Shown: one piece after another, positions 10,392-22,117 of the stretch
Position numbering within the stretch: the stretch's first letter is position 1
How the letters are laid out: each line of letters begins with the position of its first letter
Origin: an uncultured Candidatus Actinomarina sp.
Lineage (GTDB): Bacteria > Actinomycetota > Acidimicrobiia > Actinomarinales > Actinomarinaceae
Length of the DNA: 64,000 nucleotides
Direction: 5' to 3'
Assembly (NCBI GenBank): GCA_902597375.1
Contig: CACJXH010000001.1
Location: 12,195-76,194 of the forward strand
Notes under the pieces: model-generated
The model's database searches: none
The model's input: only the letters and a program-made list of their open reading frames with translations
What the model was told of the DNA's origin: nothing
Translations under genes and position numbers: made by a program

Positions 10392-10978
10392 AAATATCAG
10401 CAAGTATTCAGGCATCAAATATATATAATCTTCTTGATGAATTAGAAAACTACAAAGATAGTTTTGATCAATTACATGTAGATATTACAGACGGTAATTT
10501 CACAGATAATATTTCACTACCAGTAGCAATTATTGAGTACATCAAAACAAACACAGAATATGTTGTTGATACACATTTGATGTTAAATAACAACGAATTA
10601 TTTACTAGCAAAGCGTTTGAATTTGGCTCAGATATAGTAACTGTACATTGTGAAACAACGTCCCCTGAATTATTTAGTTCACTAGTGAATAAATACAATA
10701 AAGTTGGAATAGGTATATTACCGAGTACAGATATAAATGTTTTATCTGATTATATTAATAATGCACATAGCGTATTGTTGCTTACAGTAAATCCGGGGTT
10801 TTCAAATCAAAGTAAAGCAGTTAATTTATTAGATAGAATTACTGAATTTAAAAATACTTATCCTAATTACTCTAATTTATTAATTGTTGATGGAGGGGTT
10901 AAAAATGAAGAACTTCAAACCTTGAGGGATTTAAAAGTTGATATAGCTGTTCAGGGAGGAGCTATATTTGCTAAATAG
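10388..10978 (+). CDS. rpe: Ribulose-phosphate 3-epimerase
   Basis: 196 aa with HVDITDGNF (metal-binding His/Asp) and a TIM-barrel Rpe pattern. The fmt-rpe-ribD order matches actinobacterial synteny. Confidence 0.85.
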   Translation: MKISASIQASNIYNLLDELENYKDSFDQLHVDITDGNFTDNISLPVAIIEYIKTNTEYVVDTHLMLNNNELFTSKAFEFGSDIVTVHCETTSPELFSSLVNKYNKVGIGILPSTDINVLSDYINNAHSVLLLTVNPGFSNQSKAVNLLDRITEFKNTYPNYSNLLIVDGGVKNEELQTLRDLKVDIAVQGGAIFAK

Positions 10979-11951
10979 TCTTCAATATCTCAATTTTTCT
11001 GAGCATATGATTGAAGCAATTAAATTTGCACTTAGATATGATCCATCTCCAAATCCAAGAGTCGGTGCTGTGCTGGTTGATAAAAATAATAAAATAAAAA
11101 AGATAACTGCACATAAAGAGAAACATAAGGACCATGCTGAATATAATCTATTTAAAAATTCAGATATTTCAGAAAATGATACTTTGTATGTTACATTAGA
11201 ACCTTGTTTTCATGATGACACCTCACCATCTTGCGCAAATGCTGTTTTGGAAACAAATGTACAAAATATAGTTGTTGGGGATATAGATCGTGATGAAAGA
11301 ACTAATGGTAAAGGTATCGAACTTTTAAAGAACAACGATTTAAATGTATCTATTGAAAATGGTGTAAATGATTTTTTAAATCCTGGATACAAAATTACAA
11401 ATGATAAACCATATCTCATTGGTAAAGTAGCCACTTCAGCAGACCATATAATATACAATAAAAACAACAGGTATATTACCAATAAAAATTCATTAGAAAT
11501 TACCCATTATTTAAGAGCAACCGTAGATTCCGTCATAATTGGAAAAAATACATTAAAAATTGACAATCCAAAGTTGAATGTACGTCTGGATTATGAATAT
11601 AAAAATCCTCAACCAGTTGTTTTGTGGGGGAATGACACTAAAGAGCTTAAAAAATACTCTAGTTCATTTAATAATTTTATATTTTATGTTGAGAATGATG
11701 AAGATTCATTTAGTAGCTTTTTAGAGAGACATTCTATAAAAAGTGGATTAGTTGAAGGTGGTAATTCTATTTTGTCTTATTTTTTGAATGAAGATATGAT
11801 TGACGAATTTTACTATTTTAAGTCATCAGATAGCCTTGAAAGTGGATTAAAAATTGATAAAACAATTGAGGAATATATCAGTAATAACTTTAATTCTATT
11901 CAAGAATATCCTATTATTGATAATCTATTAACTACTTATACTAATAAGTAA
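10968..11951 (+). CDS. ribD: Riboflavin biosynthesis protein RibD (diaminohydroxyphosphoribosylaminopyrimidine deaminase / 5-amino-6-(5-phosphoribosylamino)uracil reductase)
   Basis: 327 aa. The N-terminal deaminase has zinc motifs HAEYNLF and EPCFH. The C-terminal region is a RibD reductase domain. It overlaps rpe by 11 nt. Confidence 0.85.
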   Translation: MLNSLQYLNFSEHMIEAIKFALRYDPSPNPRVGAVLVDKNNKIKKITAHKEKHKDHAEYNLFKNSDISENDTLYVTLEPCFHDDTSPSCANAVLETNVQNIVVGDIDRDERTNGKGIELLKNNDLNVSIENGVNDFLNPGYKITNDKPYLIGKVATSADHIIYNKNNRYITNKNSLEITHYLRATVDSVIIGKNTLKIDNPKLNVRLDYEYKNPQPVVLWGNDTKELKKYSSSFNNFIFYVENDEDSFSSFLERHSIKSGLVEGGNSILSYFLNEDMIDEFYYFKSSDSLESGLKIDKTIEEYISNNFNSIQEYPIIDNLLTTYTNK

Positions 11952-12529
11952 TGTTTACTGGAATTATTAATTCAATTGGAAATATTGAATCAAGAAGTAT
12001 TGATGAAATACAAATAAGTACAGATAATGATTTATATCATGGTTTGGAATCAGGTACTAGTATTTCCATAGATGGCACGTGTCTAACATTAAGAGATTAC
12101 AAGGATGATTTCTTAAATTTTCAAGTATCTGAAGAAACATTCAATAGAACTGTGGCTAAAGAATATAAAAAGGATGTTAAAACAAATTTAGAACTTCCTG
12201 CTACTTTAACTACTTTCTTAAGTGGACATATAGTACAAGGCCATGTTGATAATACATCTGTTGTAACAAACATTGTTGAAAACGATAATAATCTTTGGAC
12301 ATATCATTTTAAAAATACGGATACAAGATATATAGTTGATAAAGGTTCTGTGACTATAAATGGTATATCTTTAACTGTTGTTAATCCCGATAAAGAAGAA
12401 TTCAGTGTCGCGGTTATAAACGAGACTTATCAAAGGACAAATTTAAAGTACCTTAAAACCGGTTCGATAGTTAACATTGAATATGACATACTTGCTAAAT
12501 ATATGGAAAGAATGATAAATGATAAGTGA
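11951..12529 (+). CDS. ribE: Riboflavin synthase alpha chain
   Basis: 192 aa. MFTGIINSIGNIE and a second lumazine-binding repeat (GSVTINGISLTV) are present. Confidence 0.85.
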   Translation: MFTGIINSIGNIESRSIDEIQISTDNDLYHGLESGTSISIDGTCLTLRDYKDDFLNFQVSEETFNRTVAKEYKKDVKTNLELPATLTTFLSGHIVQGHVDNTSVVTNIVENDNNLWTYHFKNTDTRYIVDKGSVTINGISLTVVNPDKEEFSVAVINETYQRTNLKYLKTGSIVNIEYDILAKYMERMINDK

Positions 12530-13721
12530 CATAGAAGTAATTATCGAAAAATTTAAAAAAGGTGAGATGGTCATTCTTGTTGACGATGAAGACAGAGAGA
12601 ATGAAGGTGATTTAATTGTATCTTCACAGTACTTAACACCTGAACACATCAACTTTATGATAACTTATGCAAAGGGTCTTGTGTGCGCACCAATCGCAAA
12701 AGATGTAGCAACAAAGTTAAAACTTTCATTAATGCAAGGTATTGATAATGAAGAAGATACACAATTTACAACTTCAGTTGATCTAATGGGAGATGGGGTT
12801 TCAACAGGAATTTCAGCAGATGATAGATTTAAAACAATAAAAGGTCTTAGTGATCCAAATGCTACCAGACAAGATTTTAAAGTTCCAGGTCACGTCTTTC
12901 CTTTGCAGGCAATGGATGGAGGAGTATTAAGACGTGCTGGTCATACTGAAGCAGCTGTAGACTTATGTTTGCTCGCCGGTCATTATCCTGTGGCTGTTAT
13001 TTGTGAAATAATAAATGATGATGGTTCAATGGCACGCATTGACGATCTAGTAAATTTTTCGAAAAAACACGATGTAGCTATCGGTACAATTAAAGACTTA
13101 ATCGAGTACAAGTTGAAATTAACAAATCCTGTATCTTTTGTATCTAAAGCAAAAGTGCCAACTGAATTTGGTGAATTTACTGCGCATGTTTACAAGGACA
13201 ATAATGATAATACTGAGCATATTGCGCTGACATATGAGAATTACTTAGAAGGTGAGTCTTCAATGGTAAGAGTGCACTCAGAGTGTTTAACTGGTGATGT
13301 ATTTAGTTCAAATAAATGTGATTGTGGATACCAGTTAGATAGTGCATTAGAAACTATTGTAAATAATGGTTCCGGTGTTCTACTGTACATGAGAGGACAT
13401 GAAGGAAGAGGGATAGGTTTAGGAAATAAGATTAAAGCATACTCATTACAAGATGAAGGTGCAGATACGGTTGAAGCAAACATTCAACTTGGTTTTGAAA
13501 TGGATCAAAGAGATTATGGAACTGGTGCCCTGATACTTAGAGATTTAGGAATTACGAATATGAATTTACTCACAAATAATCCAAGCAAAAGAGCAGGTTT
13601 AGAAGGTTTTGGTTTAAATATTGTAAAAAGAACACCAATTAAGGGAAAGACAACACCTGAGAATACTTCATATCTTGAGACAAAAGAAAAAAAGATGGGT
13701 CATAATTTTAATGAAGAATAG
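12519..13721 (+). CDS. ribBA: Bifunctional 3,4-dihydroxy-2-butanone-4-phosphate synthase / GTP cyclohydrolase II
   Basis: 400 aa. The DHBP synthase N-terminal domain (VDDEDRENEGDLI, RRAGHTEAAVDL) is followed by GTP cyclohydrolase II (CxxGxxxxSxxCDC, RGHEGRGIGL). Confidence 0.9.
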   Translation: MISDIEVIIEKFKKGEMVILVDDEDRENEGDLIVSSQYLTPEHINFMITYAKGLVCAPIAKDVATKLKLSLMQGIDNEEDTQFTTSVDLMGDGVSTGISADDRFKTIKGLSDPNATRQDFKVPGHVFPLQAMDGGVLRRAGHTEAAVDLCLLAGHYPVAVICEIINDDGSMARIDDLVNFSKKHDVAIGTIKDLIEYKLKLTNPVSFVSKAKVPTEFGEFTAHVYKDNNDNTEHIALTYENYLEGESSMVRVHSECLTGDVFSSNKCDCGYQLDSALETIVNNGSGVLLYMRGHEGRGIGLGNKIKAYSLQDEGADTVEANIQLGFEMDQRDYGTGALILRDLGITNMNLLTNNPSKRAGLEGFGLNIVKRTPIKGKTTPENTSYLETKEKKMGHNFNEE

Positions 13722-14109
13722 AGTTGCAATTGTTTATTCAGATTATTACAAAGATGTCACTAGCGGTTTATTAGATGGATTCAATAATTCAATTGATACA
13801 ACTTTTGAATGTGATGAATTTAAGGTAAGTGGTAGCTGGGAAATTATATACAAAATTAATTCACTTATAGACGAATACGATAAGTTTGTAGCTATTGGAG
13901 TCATTGTTAAAGGTGAGACAGATCATTATGAATTTTTATGTTCAAGTATTGCTAATCAACTATTAAATTTAACAACAACAAAAAATGTATATATTTCAAA
14001 CTGCGTCTTAAACGTACTTAATATTGACCAAGCAAGTGAAAGAGCTGGCACTGAAAATAACAAGGGTGCTGAATCTGCACAAGCTTTAAATAATCTTTTT
14101 ATTACATAA
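13711..14109 (+). CDS. ribH: 6,7-dimethyl-8-ribityllumazine synthase
   Basis: The protein begins MKNRVAIVYSDYY (lumazine synthase N-terminus) at ATG 13711, inside the longer ORF called from 13675. It overlaps the ribBA stop by 11 nt. Confidence 0.85.
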   Translation: MKNRVAIVYSDYYKDVTSGLLDGFNNSIDTTFECDEFKVSGSWEIIYKINSLIDEYDKFVAIGVIVKGETDHYEFLCSSIANQLLNLTTTKNVYISNCVLNVLNIDQASERAGTENNKGAESAQALNNLFIT

Positions 14110-14180
14110 TAAAATTTAAGTTATATAATTAACTCTAAGCGAACGATGTTCCACCTACTGTGAAAAATAGTATGGTAAGT

Positions 14181-14206
14181 AAAAACAGCTTCGTGCTGTT
14201 TTTTTT
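14181..14206 (+). terminator. Stem-loop (AAAACAGC-TTCGT-GCTGTTTT) plus T-tract; rho-independent terminator of the rib operon and/or infC leader attenuator
   Basis: Perfect 8-bp stem with the T-arm continuing into a 7-8 T run that ends at the infC ATG. Seen directly in the sequence. Confidence 0.6.
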
Positions 14207-14737
14207 ATGAAAGGGAAACAAATAGCAGAACTAAATGTGAACGAGGAGATAAAATCCAAGAAGCTATTGGTAATTGCACCAGATGGCGTACAAGTTGGAG
14301 AATTAGAACTTAAAAAAGCCCTCATATTGGCCGAAGAACTTGAACTTGATCTTGTTGAAGTCTCTCCGGAAAGTAAACCGCCTGTTGCTCGATTGATGGA
14401 TTATGGCAAATATAAATATGAGCTTAATCAAAAAGCAAGAGAGTCAAGGAAAAAACAAGTAAAAATTAATGTAAAGGAAATACAACTGAAACCAAAGATT
14501 GATACACACGACTACAAAATTAAATTAAATCAATCAAAAAAGTTTTTAGAAGACGGAGATAAAGTGAAATTTACTATGAGATTTAGAGGTAGGGAAGCAG
14601 AATATCCTGAATTAGGACAAAAAATCTTAGATAATTTTAGAGACGAACTTGTTGATTTAGCAATGGTAGAGTCTACTTCTAATCCAGATGGTAGATCATT
14701 AACAATGGTACTAGCACCTAACGGAGGTAAAAAATGA
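14207..14737 (+). CDS. infC: Translation initiation factor IF-3
   Basis: 176 aa. The N-terminal INEEIKSKKLLVIAPDG, C-terminal domain and infC-rpmI-rplT order are all typical. Confidence 0.85.
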   Translation: MKGKQIAELNVNEEIKSKKLLVIAPDGVQVGELELKKALILAEELELDLVEVSPESKPPVARLMDYGKYKYELNQKARESRKKQVKINVKEIQLKPKIDTHDYKIKLNQSKKFLEDGDKVKFTMRFRGREAEYPELGQKILDNFRDELVDLAMVESTSNPDGRSLTMVLAPNGGKK

Positions 14738-14922
14738 AACATAAAACTCATAAAGGAATGAAAAAAAGAATAAGAGTTAGTGGTACTGGGAAATTCATGC
14801 GAAGGCGTGCTCACAGATCACATTATAAATTGGCTAAAGGTAGCAACTCATGGTCAAGACTAAAAAGAGATGTTGAATCTTCTAAGGGTGATTCAAAAAA
14901 AATAAGAAAGTTGTTGAGTTAA
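14734..14922 (+). CDS. rpmI: 50S ribosomal protein L35
   Basis: 62 aa, highly basic (MKHKTHKGMKKRIRVSGTGK). Conserved position between infC and rplT. Confidence 0.85.
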   Translation: MKHKTHKGMKKRIRVSGTGKFMRRRAHRSHYKLAKGSNSWSRLKRDVESSKGDSKKIRKLLS

Positions 14923-15282
14923 ATGGTAAGAGTAAGAAGATCAGTAAGTAGTAGAAAATCAAGAAAAAAGATTCTTAAACAAGCTAAAGGATATACAGGA
15001 GCTAGAAGCAAGCGTTTAAGGACCGCTAAAGAACAAGTGATGCATGCAGGTAATGACGCATTTGCTCATCGTAAAGACAAGAAAGCAACATATAGAAAAA
15101 TTTGGATATCTAGAATTAATGCAGCATCAAGACAACATGGTTTGTCATATTCAAAATTTATTAACGGTTTAACAAACGCTCAAGTAAAAGTTGATAGAAA
15201 AATATTGGCTGATTTAGCTATCAATGATCCTGATGGATTTAAGAAACTTGTAGATTTAGCTAAAAAAAATATAAATGCCTGA
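14923..15282 (+). CDS. rplT: 50S ribosomal protein L20
   Basis: 119 aa starting MVRVRRSVSSRKSRKKILKQAKGY, the characteristic L20 N-terminus. Confidence 0.9.
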   Translation: MVRVRRSVSSRKSRKKILKQAKGYTGARSKRLRTAKEQVMHAGNDAFAHRKDKKATYRKIWISRINAASRQHGLSYSKFINGLTNAQVKVDRKILADLAINDPDGFKKLVDLAKKNINA

Positions 15283-16267
15283 GGTTAATACCGATAAAAT
15301 ATTTGCCGCTTTTTTACTAAGACTTGAAGAAGTTGCTCAAATCGAAGATTTCGATGACATTGAGAAAGAATTCCTTGGAAAAAATTCCTTATTGTCAGAA
15401 GAAAGAAAATCATTATCGTCATTAAATGAAGTATCTAGAAAAAAATATGGAAAATTGCTTCAAGATCTTTCAAATAATATCAACTCTAAATTAGACGAAG
15501 AAAAAACTAAATTCAAATCTAAATTTTTTATTCAAAGAGAACTAAATGATAAAAAAGATATTTCCATAGATTGGTATAAAAACTTAGGTAGCAAAAATCA
15601 TGTTTTAACAAATGTAATGAATGAAGTAGTTGATATCTTTGCAGCTATTGGTTATACGGTTGCAACTGGACCTGAAGCAGAAACATCCTGGCATAATTTT
15701 GATGCATTAAATACACCAGACTGGCATCCTGCAAGATATGAATCAGACACATTATATTTAGACAACAAGCTTGAAAAATTACTAAGGACTCAAACTAGTA
15801 CTGTTCAAGTAAGGCATATGCAAAACAATAAACCGCCTGTTTATATTGTTGCTCCAGGAAGAGTTTACAGATCAGACCAACTTGATGCTACCCACTCACC
15901 AGTATTTCATCAAATTGAGGGTTTAGCAGTTGATGAAAACTTAACGTTTTCTGATTTAAAAGGAACATTGGAGTATTTTGTTCAAGAATTTTTTGGAAAA
16001 GACTTAAAGACAAAGTTTATTCCTCATTTTTTTCCATTCACTGAACCATCAGCTGAAGTTCTAGTTAGTTGGAAAGATGGAGAATGGCTTGAAATCCTAG
16101 GATGTGGAATGGTAGATCCAAATGTTTTCAAGCATGTTGGATATGACACAGATTCCCAAGGATTCGCATTTGGTGTAGGAGTTGAAAGATTAGCAATGAT
16201 TAGATACGGAATAGATCATATTAAAAACTTTTATGAAAATGACCTAAGGTTTTTAAGGCAGTTTTAA
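15275..16267 (+). CDS. pheS: Phenylalanyl-tRNA synthetase alpha subunit
   Basis: 330 aa with class II motifs (FPFTEPSAEV, GCGMVDPNV, GFAFGVGVERLAM). Confidence 0.9.
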   Translation: MPEVNTDKIFAAFLLRLEEVAQIEDFDDIEKEFLGKNSLLSEERKSLSSLNEVSRKKYGKLLQDLSNNINSKLDEEKTKFKSKFFIQRELNDKKDISIDWYKNLGSKNHVLTNVMNEVVDIFAAIGYTVATGPEAETSWHNFDALNTPDWHPARYESDTLYLDNKLEKLLRTQTSTVQVRHMQNNKPPVYIVAPGRVYRSDQLDATHSPVFHQIEGLAVDENLTFSDLKGTLEYFVQEFFGKDLKTKFIPHFFPFTEPSAEVLVSWKDGEWLEILGCGMVDPNVFKHVGYDTDSQGFAFGVGVERLAMIRYGIDHIKNFYENDLRFLRQF

Positions 16268-18633
16268 TGAAAATATTGAAATCTTGGCTTAATGATTGGA
16301 TAGATATTGAAAATATATCTAATACTGAAATTTCTGAAGCTTTAGAAAGTTTAGGTTTTGAAATAGAAAACAAAAAGGAACTAAACCCTAATTATGAAAA
16401 CATCGTTGTAGGTAAAGTACTTGAAATATATGAACATCCTAATGCTGACAAGGTTCGTATTACTAAAACTGATGTAGGTAACAATATATATGAAATTGTT
16501 TGTGGAGCTTGGAATTTTGACGTAGGAGCAGTCGTACCTGTTGCGCTACCAAATTCTAAGATAAAAGATAATTTTAAAATCGATAAACGTGATATAAGAG
16601 GAATTCAATCAAATGGGATGATTTGTTCAGCTGCCGAACTTGATCTTTGGGATGATCATGATGGAATAGTTCTATTGGATGACAAGCTACTTCCAGGAAC
16701 TGATTTTTCTACAATCTATTCGAGTCATGATTTTATATGGGAGGTTGGTGTTACACCAAATAGAGGAGACTGTATGTCATATTTGGGTATTGCAAGAGAA
16801 CTTTCAGGATATTTCAATAAAAAACTAAAAAACAAAAAATCAAATCTGAAACCAACAATTGCAAATATTTTGAATGCAGACAGTGGAAAAATTAAAGAAT
16901 GTAACTCTTATGGTTCAGTAGAAATAGAAAACTTTAATGTTACTAACTCTTCATTTGAAATGAGATACAGGCTCACACAGGTTGGAACAAGAATTATTAA
17001 TAATGTGGTCGACATAACCAATTACATTTTATATGACATAGGTCAACCATTACATGCTTTTGATAGAGATAAATTATTTGGAACAATATCTGTAAGAAAA
17101 GCTAAAAATAACGAACAAATTACAACACTTGACTCACAAGTGAGAAAATTAGATTCAAATGATCTTGTTATTACAGATAATGATAAGCCAATTGCTTTAG
17201 CCGGAGTAATGGGGGGATTAGAAACTGAAGTAACAGAGACCACCACAAATCTTCTTATTGAAAGTGCGTATTTTGACAAAGTATCCATTATGAAAACTTC
17301 AAGGAAATTGAACTTGATATCTGACGCATCCATAAGGTTTGAAAGAGGTATTGATTATAAAATTCAAAGATATGGCTTAGAACGTTTTTTAATGGAATTA
17401 AAAGATAATCAAGCTATTAATTATTCAGAAATAAATGTAGATGATAAAGGTAACTTGGATAACAAGAAGGTAATTCTGAAATATTATGAAATAAAAAAAC
17501 TACTTGGTATTGATTTAAAAGAATCATTTATTAAGAAAGTTCTCAAATTTTTAATGATCGATTCTGAAGTAAGCAAAGAAAGTGTAAAATTCACACCACC
17601 ATCATGGCGTTATGATCTAGATAGACCTGTGGACCTTATAGAAGAATTCGCAAAACATTATGGCTTTAATAATTTTGAATCTACTCTACCTCAGGGAGTT
17701 CATAAAAATAATAAAGGAGGTTATTGGGATCTTAAGGATTACTTATCAAGTGTTCTAACATCCAATAATTTTCAAGAAGTCCAAACTTTAAGTTTTGTAA
17801 ATAAAGACAAGAATTATTTATTTAATCCGGAAAAAAAATATATTGAGGTATTTAATGCAATCGATCAATCAAGTAAATTTATGAGATCAAACCTAATGTC
17901 TAGTTTGATAGATGTATACAAACTAAATTATGAACAAAATAATTTATCAAATAGTTATTTTGAAATAAATACTGTATTTGATAATTCTAAAAATAAAATA
18001 TATGAAGATGTACCTAATCAAAATATTGTTTTAGGATTCCTGACATCTTCTACATTAACAAATACGGATTCTAGGTTAAAAGACGAAGAATTAGATCTTT
18101 ACTATGTAAAAAACATAATAACTCAATTATTAAGCTCATATAATCTAGAACCAATTACAAAACCTGGATTTCATCAAAATTATTCATTTTCGATTATTAA
18201 AAATGGTCAAATAATTGGTCATTTTGGACAACTGTCCACGGAGACACAGATGACGCTTGAATTTAATAATGATATATATCTGGGCGAGATTTATATTAGC
18301 AAACTAGATTTAAATGACCTTAAAGAAATAAATTATGAACCACTTTCACAATATCCATTTGTAAAATTTGATTTATCATTTTCTGTACCAATTGATTTAT
18401 CTGCTCATCTTCTAGTTGATGAAATTAATGACTTACTTAAAGAAAATGAAAATTCAATCGAAATTTTTGATGATTTTCAACAAGAGAATTCAAGAAATTT
18501 AGGAATTAGAATAATTACAAGAAGCTATGACAAAACATACGATGATAATGAAACAAGAGAGATTCTAATGAATATATCGAAAACTTTGGAGTCTAAATTT
18601 AAAATAACACTCAACTCAAGTAACAATGACTGA
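16267..18633 (+). CDS. pheT: Phenylalanyl-tRNA synthetase beta subunit
   Basis: 788 aa with an N-terminal tRNA-binding (OB) domain, B3/B4 and B5 domains. The start overlaps the pheS stop. Confidence 0.9.
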   Translation: MKILKSWLNDWIDIENISNTEISEALESLGFEIENKKELNPNYENIVVGKVLEIYEHPNADKVRITKTDVGNNIYEIVCGAWNFDVGAVVPVALPNSKIKDNFKIDKRDIRGIQSNGMICSAAELDLWDDHDGIVLLDDKLLPGTDFSTIYSSHDFIWEVGVTPNRGDCMSYLGIARELSGYFNKKLKNKKSNLKPTIANILNADSGKIKECNSYGSVEIENFNVTNSSFEMRYRLTQVGTRIINNVVDITNYILYDIGQPLHAFDRDKLFGTISVRKAKNNEQITTLDSQVRKLDSNDLVITDNDKPIALAGVMGGLETEVTETTTNLLIESAYFDKVSIMKTSRKLNLISDASIRFERGIDYKIQRYGLERFLMELKDNQAINYSEINVDDKGNLDNKKVILKYYEIKKLLGIDLKESFIKKVLKFLMIDSEVSKESVKFTPPSWRYDLDRPVDLIEEFAKHYGFNNFESTLPQGVHKNNKGGYWDLKDYLSSVLTSNNFQEVQTLSFVNKDKNYLFNPEKKYIEVFNAIDQSSKFMRSNLMSSLIDVYKLNYEQNNLSNSYFEINTVFDNSKNKIYEDVPNQNIVLGFLTSSTLTNTDSRLKDEELDLYYVKNIITQLLSSYNLEPITKPGFHQNYSFSIIKNGQIIGHFGQLSTETQMTLEFNNDIYLGEIYISKLDLNDLKEINYEPLSQYPFVKFDLSFSVPIDLSAHLLVDEINDLLKENENSIEIFDDFQQENSRNLGIRIITRSYDKTYDDNETREILMNISKTLESKFKITLNSSNND

Positions 18634-19201
18634 TAACTTAGGATTAAACAATAGAGTTTATCAAATTCTTTCACAAAACTCACAAAGAGCTGCTGTAGAT
18701 ATTTTAGGTATGAGAATATCAACAAAGTATAAAAATAAATTTACTGAAATTATGATTACCGAAACTGAAGCCTTTGGAACTGCCAAAGCTGATGAGATGT
18801 CATTAGCGAACCAGCTAAATAGAAAAATACCAATATCGCTACCTCTTGGTCCACCTCATGTAATGGTTCTTAAAACTTATGGTTCAAACAATAGTCTTTA
18901 TTTTTTAACTTCGAAAGAAGGGTCATGCCAAGCTGTACTTATCAGATCTGGAAAAGTAATTTTAGGTAAAAATTATGTAGAAACCCGCAGAAAACAAAAA
19001 ATGAAAAATGACAATATATATGGGCCAGGAAATATAACTAAAGCACTAGGGATTAATGTTGAACAAGATGGAGAGAACCTATTAGATGGTTCAATTGCTT
19101 TATCACCAAGAATACATCCTGTTGACAGAGCAATTGCAAAACAAAGAAAAAATTCTAAACCTCGTGATAAACACTTATGGAGATTTACACTGGTCTTATA
19201 A
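18626..19201 (+). CDS. mpg: DNA-3-methyladenine glycosylase (Mpg/AAG family)
   Basis: 191 aa with the Mpg signature YGPGNITKALGI. Adjacent to tyrS, as the mpg-tyrS pair is in Mycobacterium. The ATG lies 8 nt inside the pheT 3' end. Confidence 0.75.
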   Translation: MTDNLGLNNRVYQILSQNSQRAAVDILGMRISTKYKNKFTEIMITETEAFGTAKADEMSLANQLNRKIPISLPLGPPHVMVLKTYGSNNSLYFLTSKEGSCQAVLIRSGKVILGKNYVETRRKQKMKNDNIYGPGNITKALGINVEQDGENLLDGSIALSPRIHPVDRAIAKQRKNSKPRDKHLWRFTLVL

Positions 19202-20379
19202 TGGAATACCTAATTGAAAGAGCTACAAATATAAATCCAAAAGATGATTTAGAAAAGCTTTTGAAAAGTAAAAAAAATCTAAGAGTTAAATTAGGCGTTG
19301 ACCCAACAGCACCAGATGTCACATTGGGCTGGTATGCAATTTTAAGAATGTTAAAAAAATTTCAAGATTATGGTCATACAGCTGTTCTAATACTAGGAGA
19401 GTTCACAGCACAAGTTGGAGATCCTTCGGGCAAGTCAGAAACAAGAAAAGTAATGGAAGAGAACGAGATTGACGATAACGCTAAAGGTGTGCTTCCAATA
19501 ATTAAAAATATCTTAAATGACAATAATTTAGAAATTGTCTCTAATAAAGACTGGTTATCTAAACTTACAATTCAAGACATGATGGAATTGGCATCAAAGA
19601 CAACCTTAGCCCAAATGATGGAACGTGATGATTTTTCTAAGAGATTTAGTGACAACAGCCCTATTTCATTATTAGAGTTTTTCTATCCTCTATACCAAGG
19701 ATACGATTCAGTTGCCGTAAAAGCAGATATTGAGATTGGTGGAAATGATCAATTGTGGAACTTAATGTTGGGACGTGAAATACAAAAATCTTATGACTTG
19801 TCACCACAAATTGCAATGACGTTTCCTCTATTAGTTGGTACAGATGGTTCAAAAAAAATGTCACAATCCTTGAATAATTACATTTCCATATCTGACAACC
19901 CTGAAAACATCTTTGGAAAAATAATGAGCATTCCAGATGAAATTATGTGGGATTATTTCACCATGCTGACTGATTTAGAGATTTCAGAAATAGCCAATTT
20001 TAGAAAAAATGTAGATAAAGGTAAGACAAATCCTTTCGATTATAAAAAAATGCTAGGGAAACTCATTGTTTCAGAAATCTATGATGAAAATAGTGCTTTA
20101 GTTGCTGAAAGTACATTTGAAAATATAACAATTAATAAAAACTTACCTGAGAATATGCCAGAAACCAATATTGATGATGAAATAGATATACATTTACCAA
20201 ATTTTTTAACAGAAAATGAATTAACTAAATCTAATTCCGAAGCACGTCGATTAATTGAGTCAGGAAGTGTAAAAATTGACGATCAAAAAGTTGAATTACT
20301 GGATATAAATTCATCAGATTTGATTGGTAAGACTTTACAAGTTGGAAAGCGAAAATTTCTTAAAATAAATAAGAAATAA
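19201..20379 (+). CDS. tyrS: Tyrosyl-tRNA synthetase
   Basis: Class I TyrRS with a HIGH-like region (GVDPTAPDVTLGW) and KMSKS (KKMSQS), plus a C-terminal S4-like domain. The TAATG overlap with mpg favours start 19201; an in-frame ATG also exists at 19177. Confidence 0.85.
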   Translation: MEYLIERATNINPKDDLEKLLKSKKNLRVKLGVDPTAPDVTLGWYAILRMLKKFQDYGHTAVLILGEFTAQVGDPSGKSETRKVMEENEIDDNAKGVLPIIKNILNDNNLEIVSNKDWLSKLTIQDMMELASKTTLAQMMERDDFSKRFSDNSPISLLEFFYPLYQGYDSVAVKADIEIGGNDQLWNLMLGREIQKSYDLSPQIAMTFPLLVGTDGSKKMSQSLNNYISISDNPENIFGKIMSIPDEIMWDYFTMLTDLEISEIANFRKNVDKGKTNPFDYKKMLGKLIVSEIYDENSALVAESTFENITINKNLPENMPETNIDDEIDIHLPNFLTENELTKSNSEARRLIESGSVKIDDQKVELLDINSSDLIGKTLQVGKRKFLKINKK

Positions 20380-20399
20380 TATACTTTAAACCAATTACT

Positions 20400-20589
20400 G
20401 TTATTCTTATAAGTACGAGATTTTGGCTTTTTGACAACTGAGTAATGTATGAACGCCGGTAGTGCAGAAATTAATTTTTCTAGCACTCTTTTTTTGTCAA
20501 CTTTTTATTAAGTTGATTCAACTTTTTTAAGTTGAAATGGGTAAAACCCATGTTGATTCTTTGGTCAGATTTAAATTATTCAAAGATTT
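20400..20589 (+). promoter_or_regulatory. rRNA operon promoter/leader region with multiple inverted repeats (probable processing stems)
   Basis: TTGACA at 20431-20436 and TTGTCA at 20494-20499. Palindromes AAGTTGATTCAACTT (20510-20524) and GGGTAAAACCC (about 20539-20549) lie just upstream of the 16S 5' end. No exact -10 elements could be fixed by eye. Confidence 0.35.

Positions 20590-22117
<1,528 letters not shown>

Noticed and set aside
10950-10990. Looked for an FMN riboswitch ahead of ribD
   Set aside because: rpe and ribD overlap by 11 nt, so there is no leader. This is consistent with the actinobacterial rpe-ribD operon.
13675-13710. N-terminal extension of ribH (MRQKKKRWVIIL)
   Set aside because: The lumazine synthase family starts at MKNRVAIVY. 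The extension lies entirely within the ribBA coding region.
3596-20486. Numerous 60 to 96 aa antisense ORFs inside alaS, mltG, efp, coaBC, priA-like, def, rpe, ribD, ribBA, infC, pheT and tyrS (for example 3596..3865, 4918..5202, 6949..7200, 11210..11482, 13241..13483, 17043..17333, 19661..19864)
   Set aside because: Each is embedded on the opposite strand of a confidently identified gene. They are AT-rich frames with low-complexity translations.
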